From: Scyliorhinus canicula
Lineage: Eukaryota
Length of the DNA stretch: 64,000 nt
Reading direction: 5' to 3'
Assembly (NCBI RefSeq): GCF_902713615.1
Contig: NC_052154.1
Location: 192,796,948-192,860,947 of the forward strand
Shown piece after piece: positions 25,151 to 37,409 of this stretch. The stretch's first letter is position 1; every line of letters begins with the position of its first letter. The position numbers and the translations under genes are program-made. The notes beneath the pieces are model-generated. The model saw only the letters and a program-made list of their open reading frames with translations, searched no databases and was not told the origin of the DNA.

Positions 25151-25889
25151 ACCTAAAACAATCAGTTAGTGACCAAAATAGTGAGACGTCTTGCCTACAC
25201 TAGATATCATTTTCCTATCATCATGTATTCTTATAATCATAATTGAGCCCCACAAAATATAGACTGATGCAATTGATTCATGACCTTTAACAATTCTTCT
25301 CTAATATGGTTGCTGCACTTCACATTATGCAAGGTTTTACCTCAGCAAGCAAATACTAATTTAATGAGCCAATTAATTGCCAATTACAAACCAGTTACTC
25401 ATCAAGCACTTCCCAATCAATGGGATGTGTGGAAATCAATTTGTGAATTCCACTGTGTCAACTGTGTCCAGAAAATATGAAATCGAATCAGCTGTACCAC
25501 TGCAAGCAATTCGATTTACATCTTAAATGGAATTAATTTAAATATGATCATTGAACTTTATGAATGGGTTCAACGAGGATATGGTTCCAGGATGATTGAT
25601 TGTTGAGACCAGATCTGTGCTGGCTGAGGCTGAACTACAAGGTGCAATTTCACCAATAGGCGACACACAAAACAGCATTTCCCAGGACAAATCGTGTTAG
25701 AGCAACGGGAGAACGATGCTGTGAAACCTAAAATGGGATTTCATTAAATGTCCTTCAGCGAAGCCCCTGGGACGGGATGGACTTTACTCGATCAGCTTCC
25801 AAAAATAAAATAGTTCTGTCAGGTTTTTGTACATGCCATATCTTGAAGTCGGATTTTGTAGGTCATTCGTGTCGTTCGCTATGCAAACT

Positions 25890-26096
25890 TGTGTTCATTC
25901 CTAATTTCTGACCCACTGAGTCACTCTTGTGTTTTGTCAGTGGCTATTTTAAGTTGAGCGTCACAAATTGCTCGGCCCTCTGGTCCCTCCGAGAAAGGAT
26001 TTAAATTGGACTCTTAGGGTTGAGTGGGTGACTTGAGAATCGGATTACTGTGGGGAATCCTCACAAGGACAGCATTTGATTCAGTATCAGGTAAGG
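25890..26096 (+). promoter_or_regulatory. Candidate CSRP3 proximal promoter and non-coding exon 1
   Basis: M-CAT CATTCCT 25896, AP-1 TGAGTCA 25917, MEF2-like CTATTTTAAG 25944, TATA-like ATTTAAAT 25999, an ATG-free ~60 nt stretch, then donor CAG|GTAAGG at 26090; repeat-poor context. Confidence 0.42.
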
Positions 26097-26860
26097 CAAA
26101 TCCATCTTATTTCTAAGGCAATTTTTCACAACCAATTCTAATTTGATTTATAGCACTTTCCCCCTGCAATATTTCACAAAGTAGCTGCTGGCGCACATTT
26201 CCATTATAGTGGAATGCTTTGCAGCATTTTAGTCGCTGTCTATAAGTGATGCAAGGACAATTATAATGAATGTAATTAACGTCTCTTAAAATGGAAAGCG
26301 CAGGATTGTAACTGGGTCTGCCCATGTCAATATCCCAAACTGTGGCTTCTAGGCTGAGTAAACTTTAATAACGGGAAGTGATTAATTTAGGGGGTTGGGT
26401 TGGGGACAGAGCGTGTTTGAGGGGGAAAAATAACCAGGATTCCGCCTCCTAATCACGATATAGCAACATCTATGGGTGTCTGTGTGTGCGAATGTCATGT
26501 AGGACAGACCCCCATTCTGCTGTTGTGTCCTTCACGGTTGGGTAGTTTATCAACAGTCTCACCACGGATGCTCACGCATGAATAATGGCAATCTGACTCC
26601 AGAGGAGCTGTGTAGCCCAGGGAAGGAGGGGAGAGAATTATTTCAAATAAACTGTATGGAATTAGTATTTTTAGTTTTGGAAAACTCTTGTGACTAACGG
26701 GTATATGGACAAACCACAAATGTTTCCTCCTACTTGTTGTCCTTGTGTTCTGATTCAGCCACCAGCAAATCCCCCATCATGAGTTGCTGTACCTGTAAAC
26801 TTGTACCTGTAAAGAGTAAAGGTGCTCACCAGCTGCATAAATACAGCCAAAGTTCAGACT

Positions 26861-27485
26861 GGAAAGGTCTTTTCAAACTGTGCCACTGTGTGTATTTAAT
26901 GACCAAAAATCCTGATTTTTACCGGTAGCTTTTTCAGTATTTTTCAAATGCCCAATTGGGAACTGTACTCTTGAACCTCCAGGTACACCAAATACATTTG
27001 CAAGGTGGTGTGTAAACCCATCTCCATTATTGTCAACTTTGCTCATTCTCTCTCTGCTGGATTAGCCCAGCAGCTTATTCTTACTACATTGAACTATAAA
27101 TATTGCTTTGTTCCTTAAAATTAATAATTAGGAAGCAAAAAAAAATTCAAATAAAAACTGACTTTAATCAGCATTTTCATTGGAGTGTGAAATTGAGATT
27201 CGCTCATTTATTGTCTGCCTGAAGCCAGGTCCTTGGCTGCTACTGATGCTTCTTCTGAACTGTTTTCTTGGCAATGATGGTATGCCATTGCCTTCTGCTC
27301 TTGGGGACAGGGCGTAGAGGCAGGGTCCACCTCGGCAGAATGGGAATGAAATATTGAAATATGCCACTGCTGTTGTGGAGCCACTTGGTCATCAAGCTGG
27401 CTTAGTGCATTGGGGCCAATTAGCTGTGTCTTTTACACGGGCAGCATTAAATACACACCATGGCACAGTTTGAAGAAACCTTTCC
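26861..27485. repeat. Inverted repeat, 41-bp arms (37/41 identical) around a ~540-bp spacer
   Basis: 26861-26901 versus the reverse complement of 27445-27485. Confidence 0.85.
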
Positions 27486-28050
27486 GGCCAGAAACTGGAC
27501 AGAAATGATAAACATCAATATAGCTGTTCATTTTAGTCACGGGCTGTAATATTTGACCATAGGCTATGGGAAAGTGTATGCCCTCCTCTTGCAATGGAAT
27601 TGAACGTGGGGAACTGTGGTGAATAAGGGATAGTGAAAAGTCAGGAAAATATTTGTATGCATTCACACTTTTTCCATCACGGTCAGATTTCCCATTGAAA
27701 ATTGACCCATTCCATTGTTATGAAATGTATCTTCCTCACCTCTGCCAATTATTGTGGTTGACAATTTTTATTTGGTGTTGTGCTTTGGGGGGTTGGGGGG
27801 TGCACGTGCAGCAACAAGTGGTATTTCTGCAGCCCCAAATGTAGTGAACAATCGCAAGGAGGCACTGTTTGGAATTTTGGTTTAGTGCAGGAAAGGCACC
27901 GGATTGTGTAATAGCCATGCACCAGAAGGCTCCTGTTCCTGAGAATTATCCAAATGTCAGGGTGTGTATGGGATTTAAAACAAAATAAATAAATATATTC
28001 CTTTCCTACAAAGCTAATGTGCAGAGTGGACAGAGCGAGCCCTTAATCAG

Positions 28051-28340
28051 TGGGCATAGTAGCACAGTGGTTAGCAGGGTCCCAGGTTCGATTCCCGGCT
28101 TGGGTCACCGTCTGTGCGGAGTCTGCACGTTCTCCCCGTGCCTGCATGGGTTTCCTCCGGGTGCTCCGGTTTCCTCCCCGACTACTGAAAGACGTGCTGT
28201 TAGGTGAATTGGACGTTCTGAATTCTCTCTATGTACCAGAACAGACGGCGGAATGTGGCGACTAGGGGATTTTCACAGTAACTTCATTGCAGTGTTAATG
28301 TAAGCCTACTTGTGACAATAATAAACATTATTATTATTAT
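28051..28340 (+). mobile_element. Chimeric SINE: HE1 head with L2-like tail and (ATT)n end
   Basis: Same structure as 21250-21559. Confidence 0.8.
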
Positions 28341-28705
28341 CATTAATCCATCTCCTTGCTTGCTCCAAAAATCAATTTGTGGACCCCACAAGAGAGAGAT
28401 ACTAGATCCAAGCTGACCAGGACACACTTACACCTGATCTCGGGCTTGACCCAGTGTTTGATATTGGCCAAAATGGCGAGAAGCCCATGGATGTCAAATG
28501 AGAGGATAGAATTGTGATACGTGCCAGAGTTGAGTAGCCTGCCAACACCCATTGGCTAGGCAAGGGGAAAATTATACCTTGGGTGAGGAAGGCATGGCTG
28601 CAGGGTGCCTCCTATATGGGTTATCATTGGGATGTTATCTGGAATGTACTACATACTGGCATACTAAATCTCAGTAAATTGCATTGTGCTATGCTAAATA
28701 CTCTT

Positions 28706-29390
28706 AGAACATAGAACAGTACAGCTCAGAACAGGCCCTTCGGCCCTCAATGTTGTGCCGAGCCATGATCACCCTACTCAGCCCACGTATCCACCCTATA
28801 TCCGTAAACCCCCCCCTTAACCTTACTTTTATTTGGACACTACGGGCAATTTAGCATGGCCAATCCACCTAACCCGCACATCTTTGGACTGTGGGAGGAA
28901 ACCGGAGCACCCGGAGGAAACCCACGCACACAGGGGGAGGACGTGCAGACTCCACACAGACAGTGACCCAGCCGGGAATCGAACCTGGGACCCTGGAGCT
29001 GTGAAGCATTTATGCTAACCACCATGCTACCCTGCTGCCCCCAATGATATCTTGTTGATATCATCATGCATTGTTACAATTGCCTGAAAACAAAAGTGAC
29101 CCTCTCACCTATAAAGGTCCATAGAATCCCTACAGTGCAGAAAGAGGCCATTCAGCCCATTGCGTCCACACTGACCCTCTGAAAGAGCACTCTACCTAGG
29201 CCCACGTCCCCGCCCTATCCCTGTCACCCCACCTAACCTGCAAGTCTTTGGACTGTGTGAGAAAACCGGAGCACCCGGACAGAACCCACACAGACTCTGG
29301 GAGAACGTGCAAACTCCAGACACAGACAGTTAACCAAGGCGGAAATTGAACCCGGGTCCCTGGCGCTGTGAGGCAGCCGTGCTAGCTACG
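28706..29390 (-). mobile_element. Two HE1 SINEs with HER1/CR1-type tails (28706-29041; 29120-29390)
   Basis: tagaacatagaac and catagaatccc tails; HE1 body and head. Confidence 0.85.
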
Positions 29391-29764
29391 TCTGTCTTTC
29401 TTGCAATTTCTTTAGATCATAGGATAAATCATCTAAGCCTTGTTGTGGCTCGTTACCCATAATCCTTTAAGATCAGTTTGTAATCATTTCTTTATGGTTA
29501 TTATTATTTTGTATAAGTATAGCATTTATTAAATCATCCGCACAAAACTGACTTGCATTAGAGAATAAAGGAGTGACAGAAATGTTTTGTTTCATAAACT
29601 CATCAAACATTGATCATTTCAGTGTATACAAAGGAATGTTAATGAACTCTGTACTAAGCAATCTGCTACCAAAATAACACCTTTCAAAGTCACACTTTCT
29701 TATTATTTTTTGTTATTGCAAAAAATTGCACTTGTAAAGTAGACAACGGCTGCAATTCAACGGA

Positions 29765-30490
29765 AAATAAATCTTTAAAGTACCCAATTCTTTGGGTAAT
29801 TTAGCGTGGCCAATCCACCTACCCTGCACATCCTTTTTTTTTTGGTTTGTGGGAATGAGACCCACGCAGACATCGGGAGAATGTATTTTTTAAAATCTAT
29901 ATCTGGTTTTGGGTGCAGTGCTGAGAAACACCCCACTATTCAACGGCACTTTACTGTGTTTTTTTTTGTCTCAAGATGTTTCTCTACATCAAAGCCACAC
30001 TTGAGCCGTTTCCTGGTGGCGGGCCGAGGGGGCATTTTGGAAGGCTGCCCTGGTCTTTTTCTCTTCTCTCTTTTTTCTCCCCCCCCCCCCCCCCCCAAAC
30101 TGGTAAGCCCTCCTGGGCCTGATCCCTGGCACAATGCCTGGCTGCTAGAGTGTGCCAGCCTACCCTAACAACCCAGGCATCTCTAATGGCCTCTGTGCGC
30201 ACCCCCCCCCCCCCCCCCAACCCAGGTACCATTAAGACTGGTCCACATTTGTGGAAACCAGTGCTAAACGTTGTCCTTGCAAGGTCGCCAGGCCTTGGGT
30301 CCCAGGTGCAGGAAAGTCCTGCGATGCATATTTAAATGGGCTGAATTAAATATGCAGATCTGGATCATGGCCAGTGAGGGCGCAGTCAAGATAGCAAAGT
30401 CGCGCAAGGCGTTTCTGAGCGTCACAAATTCAACTCCCTCGTCCCAACACCCATGTCGAGCGCAACGAGGCTTCTAAATCGCGCCTAACA
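29765..30490. mobile_element. Partial HE1 followed by GC-rich MITE-like sequence
   Basis: HE1 3' part at 29765-29885; atgcatatttaaat...ttaaatatgca palindromic core at ~30324-30355. Confidence 0.5.
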
Positions 30491-30491
30491 C

Positions 30492-30775
30492 TTTTTTTTT
30501 TTTTTTTAATATTTTTATTCTCCTTTTTCACATTTTCTCCCAAATTTGGACCCACCAACAATAAACAGTAAGCAGTAACGAATGCAATGTTAATCCCCAT
30601 ATCAATAACAACGATCCTATCCTCCCACCAAACCCCCAAACATTAGCCCACATGTTAACATAAACAAATCACAAAAAGGAATCAGGAATCACCCATATTC
30701 ACCATTAACACACACAGTTTTCACCCCCTCCCCCCCCCCCCCCAACTAATGTTCGATGTTATCCAGTTCTTGAAT
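30492..30775 (-). mobile_element. L1 3' end, same family as 22570-24379
   Basis: Poly-T, then the reverse complement of ~24110-24370 (gaacatcgaacatta...gggtgattcctgattcc...aaatttgggagaaaatgtgaaaaagg). Confidence 0.88.
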
Positions 30776-31258
30776 GTGAATATCTGAAAATTCAAAAAGT
30801 CTGTGTAAAAATACTTGGTTGCCTTTATTGCCTCCTACCAATGGTTTACAGCTAAAAGATATCAAATCCTGAAGAGCACAATCTGTATGCCTATTTATAT
30901 ATTTAGCAATGTTTATTATTCAAAGAAAGTTCTAGGATTCTCGACTGTCTGCCAGTGTTTTGAAGTCTGGAATTGCACCTTGAATAAATTAAGAACTGCA
31001 GACATTCAGAGCTGATATTTTTGTTACACGACCAAATGGAAACTTAATTTTGGCCATGGATGTTGAAATCCCTCAGTTAAATTTGAGGAGGCCAGAGTAT
31101 AAATAGGGGACAATATATGTTTTCCTGTAGTGTAGAAGAGGGGATTTGTAATGGGGAAATTACTTCAACACTGATATTTATTATCCTCGACATGTTACAC
31201 ATGTCACTTATAAAAAGATTTTTGTCACTGACATTGAGATTTTCTTCACCTTTTGGAA

Positions 31259-31518
31259 GCTTGGGTCTGTGTGGAGTCTGCACGTTCTCCCCGTGTCTGT
31301 GTGGGTTTCCTCCGAGTGCCTCCCACAGTCCAAAGATGTGTGGATTAGCTGGATTGCCATGCTAAATTGCCCTTCGTGTTCAAAAAAAGGTTAATTGGGG
31401 TTGCTGGGTTAAGGGGATAGGGTGCAGAAGGCGTGGGCTTGAGTGGGGTGCTCTTTCCAAGGGCCGGTGCAGACTTGATGGGACGAATGGCCTCTTGCAC
31501 TGTTAATTCTGTGATTTT
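31259..31518 (+). mobile_element. 5'-truncated HE1 SINE
   Basis: HE1 body and CR1-like tail. Confidence 0.8.
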
Positions 31519-31870
31519 AGAAACCTGACCTGTTTTGAGGTGTAACAGAAGTTAGTCAAGGCTCCCCCTCCTGATGCCCAGAAATAGATTCCCATCTTTA
31601 TTGGACATATCATGACGCACTTAATTAGTCCTTGCTGTGATGCCCCCATGAGTAAAGAGACTTGATGCTTCAGTTTGGCCACTGGACTGAGTACAGATCC
31701 CGTTGATTCTCATCTTCTGCCTATTATGTTCTTAAATCAGCCACTAACAGATATGTCGGAATAGACTGAGATAACTTTCTTCCATCTTTCTAGGCCTGCA
31801 GAGAAATATTTTAGCCTCTCTTGCACGCAGGTTTTATAATGTACAATTTGAATGTAAGAAGATTGATATC

Positions 31871-32050
31871 GGGTGGCACAGTGGTTAGCATTGCTGCCTA
31901 TGGTGCTGAGGACCCAAGTTCGAATCCCGGCCCTGGGTCACTGTCCCAGTTTGCACATTCTCCCCGTGTCACCCCTATAACCAGGGATGTGCAGGTTAGG
32001 ATTGGCCACGTTAAATTGCCCCTTAATTGGGTACTCTAAATTTATAAAAA
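31871..32050 (+). mobile_element. HE1-type SINE
   Basis: TSD AGATTGATATCG on both sides. Confidence 0.85.
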
Positions 32051-32997
32051 ACAGATTGATATCGAACTAGCCAACTCCCACAATTGAACGTGTTCAACAC
32101 GTTTCACACAATGCTGTGCCTCCACAGTCTGTCTTGGCCTCTATTTAATAATGGCCATCCAGGCCTCGTCTGGATCTTCTCTAACCTAGTCTTCAGTTAG
32201 CTTGTAAGGGTGTTGGGAGAGGACAGGTGATTTTCAAACTTTTTTACCAACCGGCGAACTTTCGGGACCCACGCTGGCTGACCTTCGCGACACGCCATTA
32301 TTGCTTCGCTTTAATGTGTCAGGTGAGCCTGTTTGGTCCTCACGATCTCACTTTGTTATTCAATGATCCAATTCCGCTGAGGATTTCAGCTGACGTGTTT
32401 GTTCTTGCTAAATCCTTCAGAAGGTTTGTCCTCGAACTTGCCATGCTTAGTCTTCAAAACCTTTGACAATTTTAGGGTTTTAAACTTTCATTTGCCAGTA
32501 CTTCCCTGCATATAACACATGTTTTTTGCATTGGCATAATTAAAGCCATACCTCAATAAATCATCTTTCTACTGCTCCGGATTTCAGTTTCTTCTTAATT
32601 GTTTGTTCAGACAGAAGCTCTGAAGCTCAGCATACAGCTCACACTAGCACTGCTTTGTCTTGCTGTAGACTCTCCTGGGCAGCTCTCTCCAGCAGATTCA
32701 GTTGTGAGATCCTGGTCTGTTTGTGTCTCTGGTCCGCTCTTCCTAATGACAAAATGATCCATCTTCAGTTCTTCACACAGTCCTGTTGCCTTGCTTGCTC
32801 ATACCTAGAAAATGGAGGAATGCCACCTCCATGCTTTTGCACCCAAAGCACGGATATACAGGGTGGGCCGAGTGCGTCACCTTCTCTCTGTTGCTGACTC
32901 TAGCGGAAAGACTCCATCGTTCATATTTAAAAGCCCGGACACAACAGGCATTCTTTCTTTTTACTTTGAAACTTTATTTCCAATACCTAATTTTTCC

Positions 32998-33191
32998 AGT
33001 CTTACAACACCAGGTTCAAGTCCGACAGGTTTGTTTCAAACACGAGCTTTCAGAGCAGTGCTCCTTTCATTCACCTGAGGAAGGAGCAGTGATCCGAAAG
33101 ATCGTGTTTGAAACAAACCTGTTGGACTTTAACCTGGTGTTGTAAGACTTCTTACTGTGCTCACCCCAGTCCAACGCCGGCATCTCCACAT
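32998..33191. mobile_element. Penelope-like element end forming a ~150-bp palindrome
   Basis: 32998-33067 is the near-perfect reverse complement of 33080-33149; contains CTGAGGA...GAAA; tail ccccagtccaacgccggcatctccaca. Confidence 0.75.
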
Positions 33192-33450
33192 AATTTTTCC
33201 AAGTTTATGGCTTTCTACTGAAAATTTAAACAATTTCAGTTGAACTTGTGCATCCTTGCATTTACACACAAACTTTGTTTTTCATATATTCCCAATTTTT
33301 AAAATTTCAAGTATAGAAAAAAGTACAATCTTGTTTTTACTTTACAAACTATCTGGCTTCAGACGAGATAAAGTAACTTTCCAAACGCATACAATGTCAG
33401 AATATTTTGTACTGGTTCCACTGCATTGTACTAGCCAAACATCCAAGCAG

Positions 33451-33632
33451 GTGCTGGTTTAGCACAGGGCTAAATAGCTGGCTTTGAAAGCAGACCAAGG
33501 CAGGCTAGCAGCGCAGGTTCAATTCCTGTGTCAGTCTCCTCGAACAGGTGCTGGAATGTGGCGACTAGGGGCTTTTCACAGTAGCTTCATTTAAAGCCTA
33601 CTTGTGACGATAAGCGATTTTCATTTCATTTC
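33451..33632 (+). mobile_element. Short tRNA-derived SINE (L2-like tail)
   Basis: gctggtttagcacagggctaaatagctgg...taagcgattttcatttcatt. Confidence 0.8.
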
Positions 33633-35292
33633 GAGCAATCTCCCTCTCCATTCTCAACAAAAGCACTTCCTGGTTCCTGAGAGTGGGGCCACAAACTGAT
33701 GACTGTGGGTTTCTTCCGGTGTTGACGTGTCAGCCGTATTGACTGGCCTCATTTGATGGACCTCGTTTGATCGGTAATCCTCGCCGACAAACCTGGCCTG
33801 GCGGTGACCAGCACACAGCCCAGCCTTGCGCTCCCCACCCCTTCAAACGCTGCAACCAATCGGGGACTGCCAGCGGCTGGCATTATTGAAAGCCGGTTGC
33901 GGCCGTTGGTGACTTCTTCCCATGATCAGGAACTCCGAAACCGATCGCTATGTGACCTTCCCGACACCTACCCCCGGGTCGCAATCCTGAGTTTGAAAAA
34001 TCCTGGTCTAATTCACTCATCCCATTTGCATTTTTTTTTAAATCTGAAGAACATTAATTGAGCAGATGTCGAGTTAGCTAATTGTACTGCACCAATGTGG
34101 AATATGTTCTGCTGAATTAGCTCAATTTTGGATGTTTTAGTGGCTGATGAAATAGCAAGTTCTGACGCCAAACCCGATTGTAGAAGGACCTTCAAATAAG
34201 CATGTCTACCACTGGTATACTGACATACTGTATCCTCAATGAGTATACTACTGAGCCCCTAGACTCGGCTCATGGTGGTGGGTTTAAGTCCCACTTATTT
34301 AGGTTGATTGAACACCGAGTGAGAGTCTGTCTTTCAATTGAGATATTAACAAGGCTACCGTCATGTTACTGTTTGCAGGTTCTTGTGTACAATTTGCTCC
34401 ATTTCTTGCATTACGACTGCAACTACATTTGAAAGTATTTAATTGGTTATCCAGCACTTTGTTGCAAGTACAAGGACAGCTGTACTTCTTCAGTGTGTTT
34501 CACTGAGATGCTTTTATGGAACTAATCTTAATTTGTCAGCCTCCAGGGGCAGCCTCATGTCATGCTCACATGACTACAGAAAGTCAGAGGTGTCAATCAG
34601 ACTGGTAACGTTTCAAACCCTAAAAAACAACCCCCCCCCCCCCCCCAGTTCATGGTGAACTAAAGCTACAAACATTCTCTTTTCTCCAGCAAACAAAATA
34701 CAGGATTGCACGCACCATCCGGATTGCCGAGTTATCAGAGTTTCTCAACATGCATCAACAATTTTTGTTTTACTTGTCAGTTACTGTACATGCGTCAGTT
34801 ACTGTACATGCAATGTGCACATAGGCCAGATCTTCCCGGCTGTTCATGCTGATGGGATCTTCCCTGCGGGTTTTATGGCAGCAAGCGGTGCATTAAACAG
34901 GAAACCCTGTTGAATGCAGTGGGATCAGAGGACGTGCAGCCCTAGTGGTCGTGATAACAGTGGCTGTACATTTGGGTGATGTCCCTTATCTGTGTCGTTC
35001 CTGTGGCTTTTGTTGCCCTGGTGACTATTATTGTTCTATTGGGGAAACGTGGACCTGTGGGATTGATGGTTCTGTACTGAGTCCAGCTGGTGACATTCCT
35101 TATTCCTACTCCCCAAATGGCTGGTTGCTGTGAATACGCAGCTTCACGTGTACACCTGCCTGCGGTTGGTGTTTATCAACCCTGGCTCTTTCCTCCTAAT
35201 AGCTTTTTTGTTTAGTTCCTGAATTTTGTTTGGCCTGATCTTGCATCGCTTGATTCATTTGAAGACCCGGGCATTTTGTTGGCGGTGTGAGA

Positions 35293-35360
35293 CCAGTGTT
35301 TTTCAAACTTTTATGCCTGGGACCCATTTTTACCAGCTAGCTGACCTTCGTGACCCACAA
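35293..35360. mobile_element. hAT terminal fragment, same family as 32224
   Basis: CAGTGTTTTTCAAACTTTT...gggacccatttttacc...ctgaccttcgtgaccc. Confidence 0.55.
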
Positions 35361-35811
35361 TCCCCTGGCCAATGGTGGCAGAGTCTTTAACTATGACCTG
35401 GATTATATCCTCTGGAATTCTCATCCCAAACTTTTCCAGTACCAAGGACGCTTCCTGGCCCATCATACCTGTACCAGTTCAGTTAAATTAGTCCCACTCT
35501 CCTCATTTTCCCCGTAGCACTGCTCATTTTCTTTTTTCAAATTCAACATGTATCCAATTTCCTTTTGGAAGTTACCATTGAATCTACTTTCCTTTCAGAC
35601 AGGGTTCCTCGCAACTCTCTCTGTCAATTATCTTAAATCTCTGTCTGATTGTTACTGACCAGCCAGCAGATCTCGATTCTCCTTAACTACGCTATCCAAA
35701 CCCCTCACTATTGTGAATATACTTATTAAATCTTCCAACATAACTAAAATCTGTCATCCCTGGTGCAATTCTTGTAAATCGTTTCTGCATCCTCTGAGAC
35801 TTGTGTCACAT

Positions 35812-36313
35812 CATTCGGCCCATCAAGTCTGCACCAGGGGCAGCACGGTGGCACAGTGGTTAGCATTGCTGCCTACGGCGCTGAGGACCCGGGTTCGAAT
35901 CCCGGCCCTGGGTCACTGTCCGTGAGGAGTTTGCACATTCTCCCCGTGTCTGCGTGGGTTTCACCCCCGCAACCCAAAGATGTGCAGGATAGGTGGATTG
36001 GCCACGCTAAATTGCCCCTTAATTGGAAAATATAATTGGGTACTCTAAATTTTTTTTAAAAAGTCTGCACCGACCCTCTGAATGAGCTCCTGACCCTAGG
36101 CCCACTCCCCACCTAACCTGTACATCCTTGGACACTAGGCTGCAATTTAGTGTGGCCAATCCACCTACCCTGCACATCGTTTTTGAGTTGTGGTGAAACC
36201 CATGGAGGTGAAACCCATGGAGACACTGTGCAAACTCCACACAGTCACCCAAGGCCAGAATCAAACCCGGGTTCCTGGTGCTGTGAAGCAGTAGTGCTAA
36301 CCACTGTGCCACC
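35812..36313. mobile_element. Plus-strand HE1 (35837-36060) nested in a minus-strand HE1
   Basis: TSD AAGTCTGCACC. Confidence 0.85.
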
Positions 36314-36697
36314 TGTGGAAGGTATCATAATATACGCACAAGTATATGATGGTGCATAGGCAGACACTGACTGACACACTGAATGACCAATCAACACACA
36401 GAACACAGCAGCCAATCACCAGACAGGACACGGTCACTATAAAGCCAGAGGGCACTCGTTTTCCTGCTCTCTTGGGATGCAGCCTCTGAGACAGCCAGAG
36501 CCCGTGATCAGCAACACGAACATCTACCATGTGCTAGCAGTATAGTCTGGTCAGGTTACCTCGGGTCTCCAGTCAACTTAACATAGTGTCAACCCACAGT
36601 GCAAGTATGTTTAACAGCTCATAGTTAAGTGTTGGTAGCCTGTCTCTCTCTCTCTGCTCTGGTAAACGCAGTCCTCACAGACCCAGCATACCCAACA
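36314..36697 (+). mobile_element. Solo LTR
   Basis: TGTGG...CCAACA termini, near-TSD CACC/CATC, CCAAT boxes and TATAAA at ~36438. Confidence 0.65.
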
Positions 36698-36883
36698 CAT
36701 CAGAAGGATGGTTCAATGTTTACGTGCACTACGAGCATATTTCAAATGGTGTGCACAGCACTAGTTACTGTACTTGCTATCCAAAAGGATAACACTACAT
36801 TGAACATAGATCTGAATAATCCTGGACTCAACCATTTGCCACAGATTGGCCATAATGTTACCAAAATTAGTTTTCTATTTCTA

Positions 36884-37060
36884 AGGGTGGCATGGTGGCA
36901 CAGTGGGTTAGCACTGCTGCCTTACCATGCCAAGGACCTGGGTTCGATCCCCGCCCTGGGTCACTGTCTGCCGGACATTCTCCCTGTGTCTGTGTGGGTC
37001 TCACCCCCACAACCCAAAGATGTTCAGGGTAGGTGGATTGACCATGCTAAATTGCCCCTT
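36884..37060 (+). mobile_element. HE1-type SINE
   Basis: Head and body similarity. Confidence 0.8.
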
Positions 37061-37409
37061 TTACCTAGAACAAAAAAGTATTTCTACTTTCTATTTCTTC
37101 ATGCTCTGAGAATGTGCGGAAACAGAACTGAGGAGAAATTGCCATGTTTGAAAGTCTGATGCCACTGTAGCTGGAGGTGTCCATGTGAGGGTGTTCTGAA
37201 GCCGGAAGTACTCCCAGCGATGAACCTGAACCATTTCGAGCAGCATTGCGTGGTACAGGAGGTTTGTTTTATTCCAATAATGAATAGTTATTTCCCCTTG
37301 AGCTGAGGAAAACGATCATCAAGAAATTGGGGGGGAAAGTAGAACTGGGAATTCGAAACAAGGACATTTATTCCTTGGCTCGTCTCTTGGTGCTATGCAT
37401 TCATTGAAA

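Larger units (their letters stand above)
32224..34005 (-). mobile_element. Non-autonomous hAT (Buster/Charlie-like) DNA transposon with a BED-finger transposase remnant
   Basis: Terminal inverted repeats CAGGTGATTTTCAAACT ... AGTTTGAAAAATCCTG; minus-strand remnant LRYGF...CVICREVLANESLKP*...LKTKHGKFEDKP at ~32420-32570. Confidence 0.75.

Noticed and set aside
34776-34811. Short tandem duplication GTCAGTTACTGTACATGC x2 (and a similar 20-bp one at ~48016-48055)
   Set aside because: Ordinary local slippage with no further structure.
36629-37159. 176-aa ORF
   Set aside because: Spans an LTR end and an HE1 SINE; no protein-family signal.
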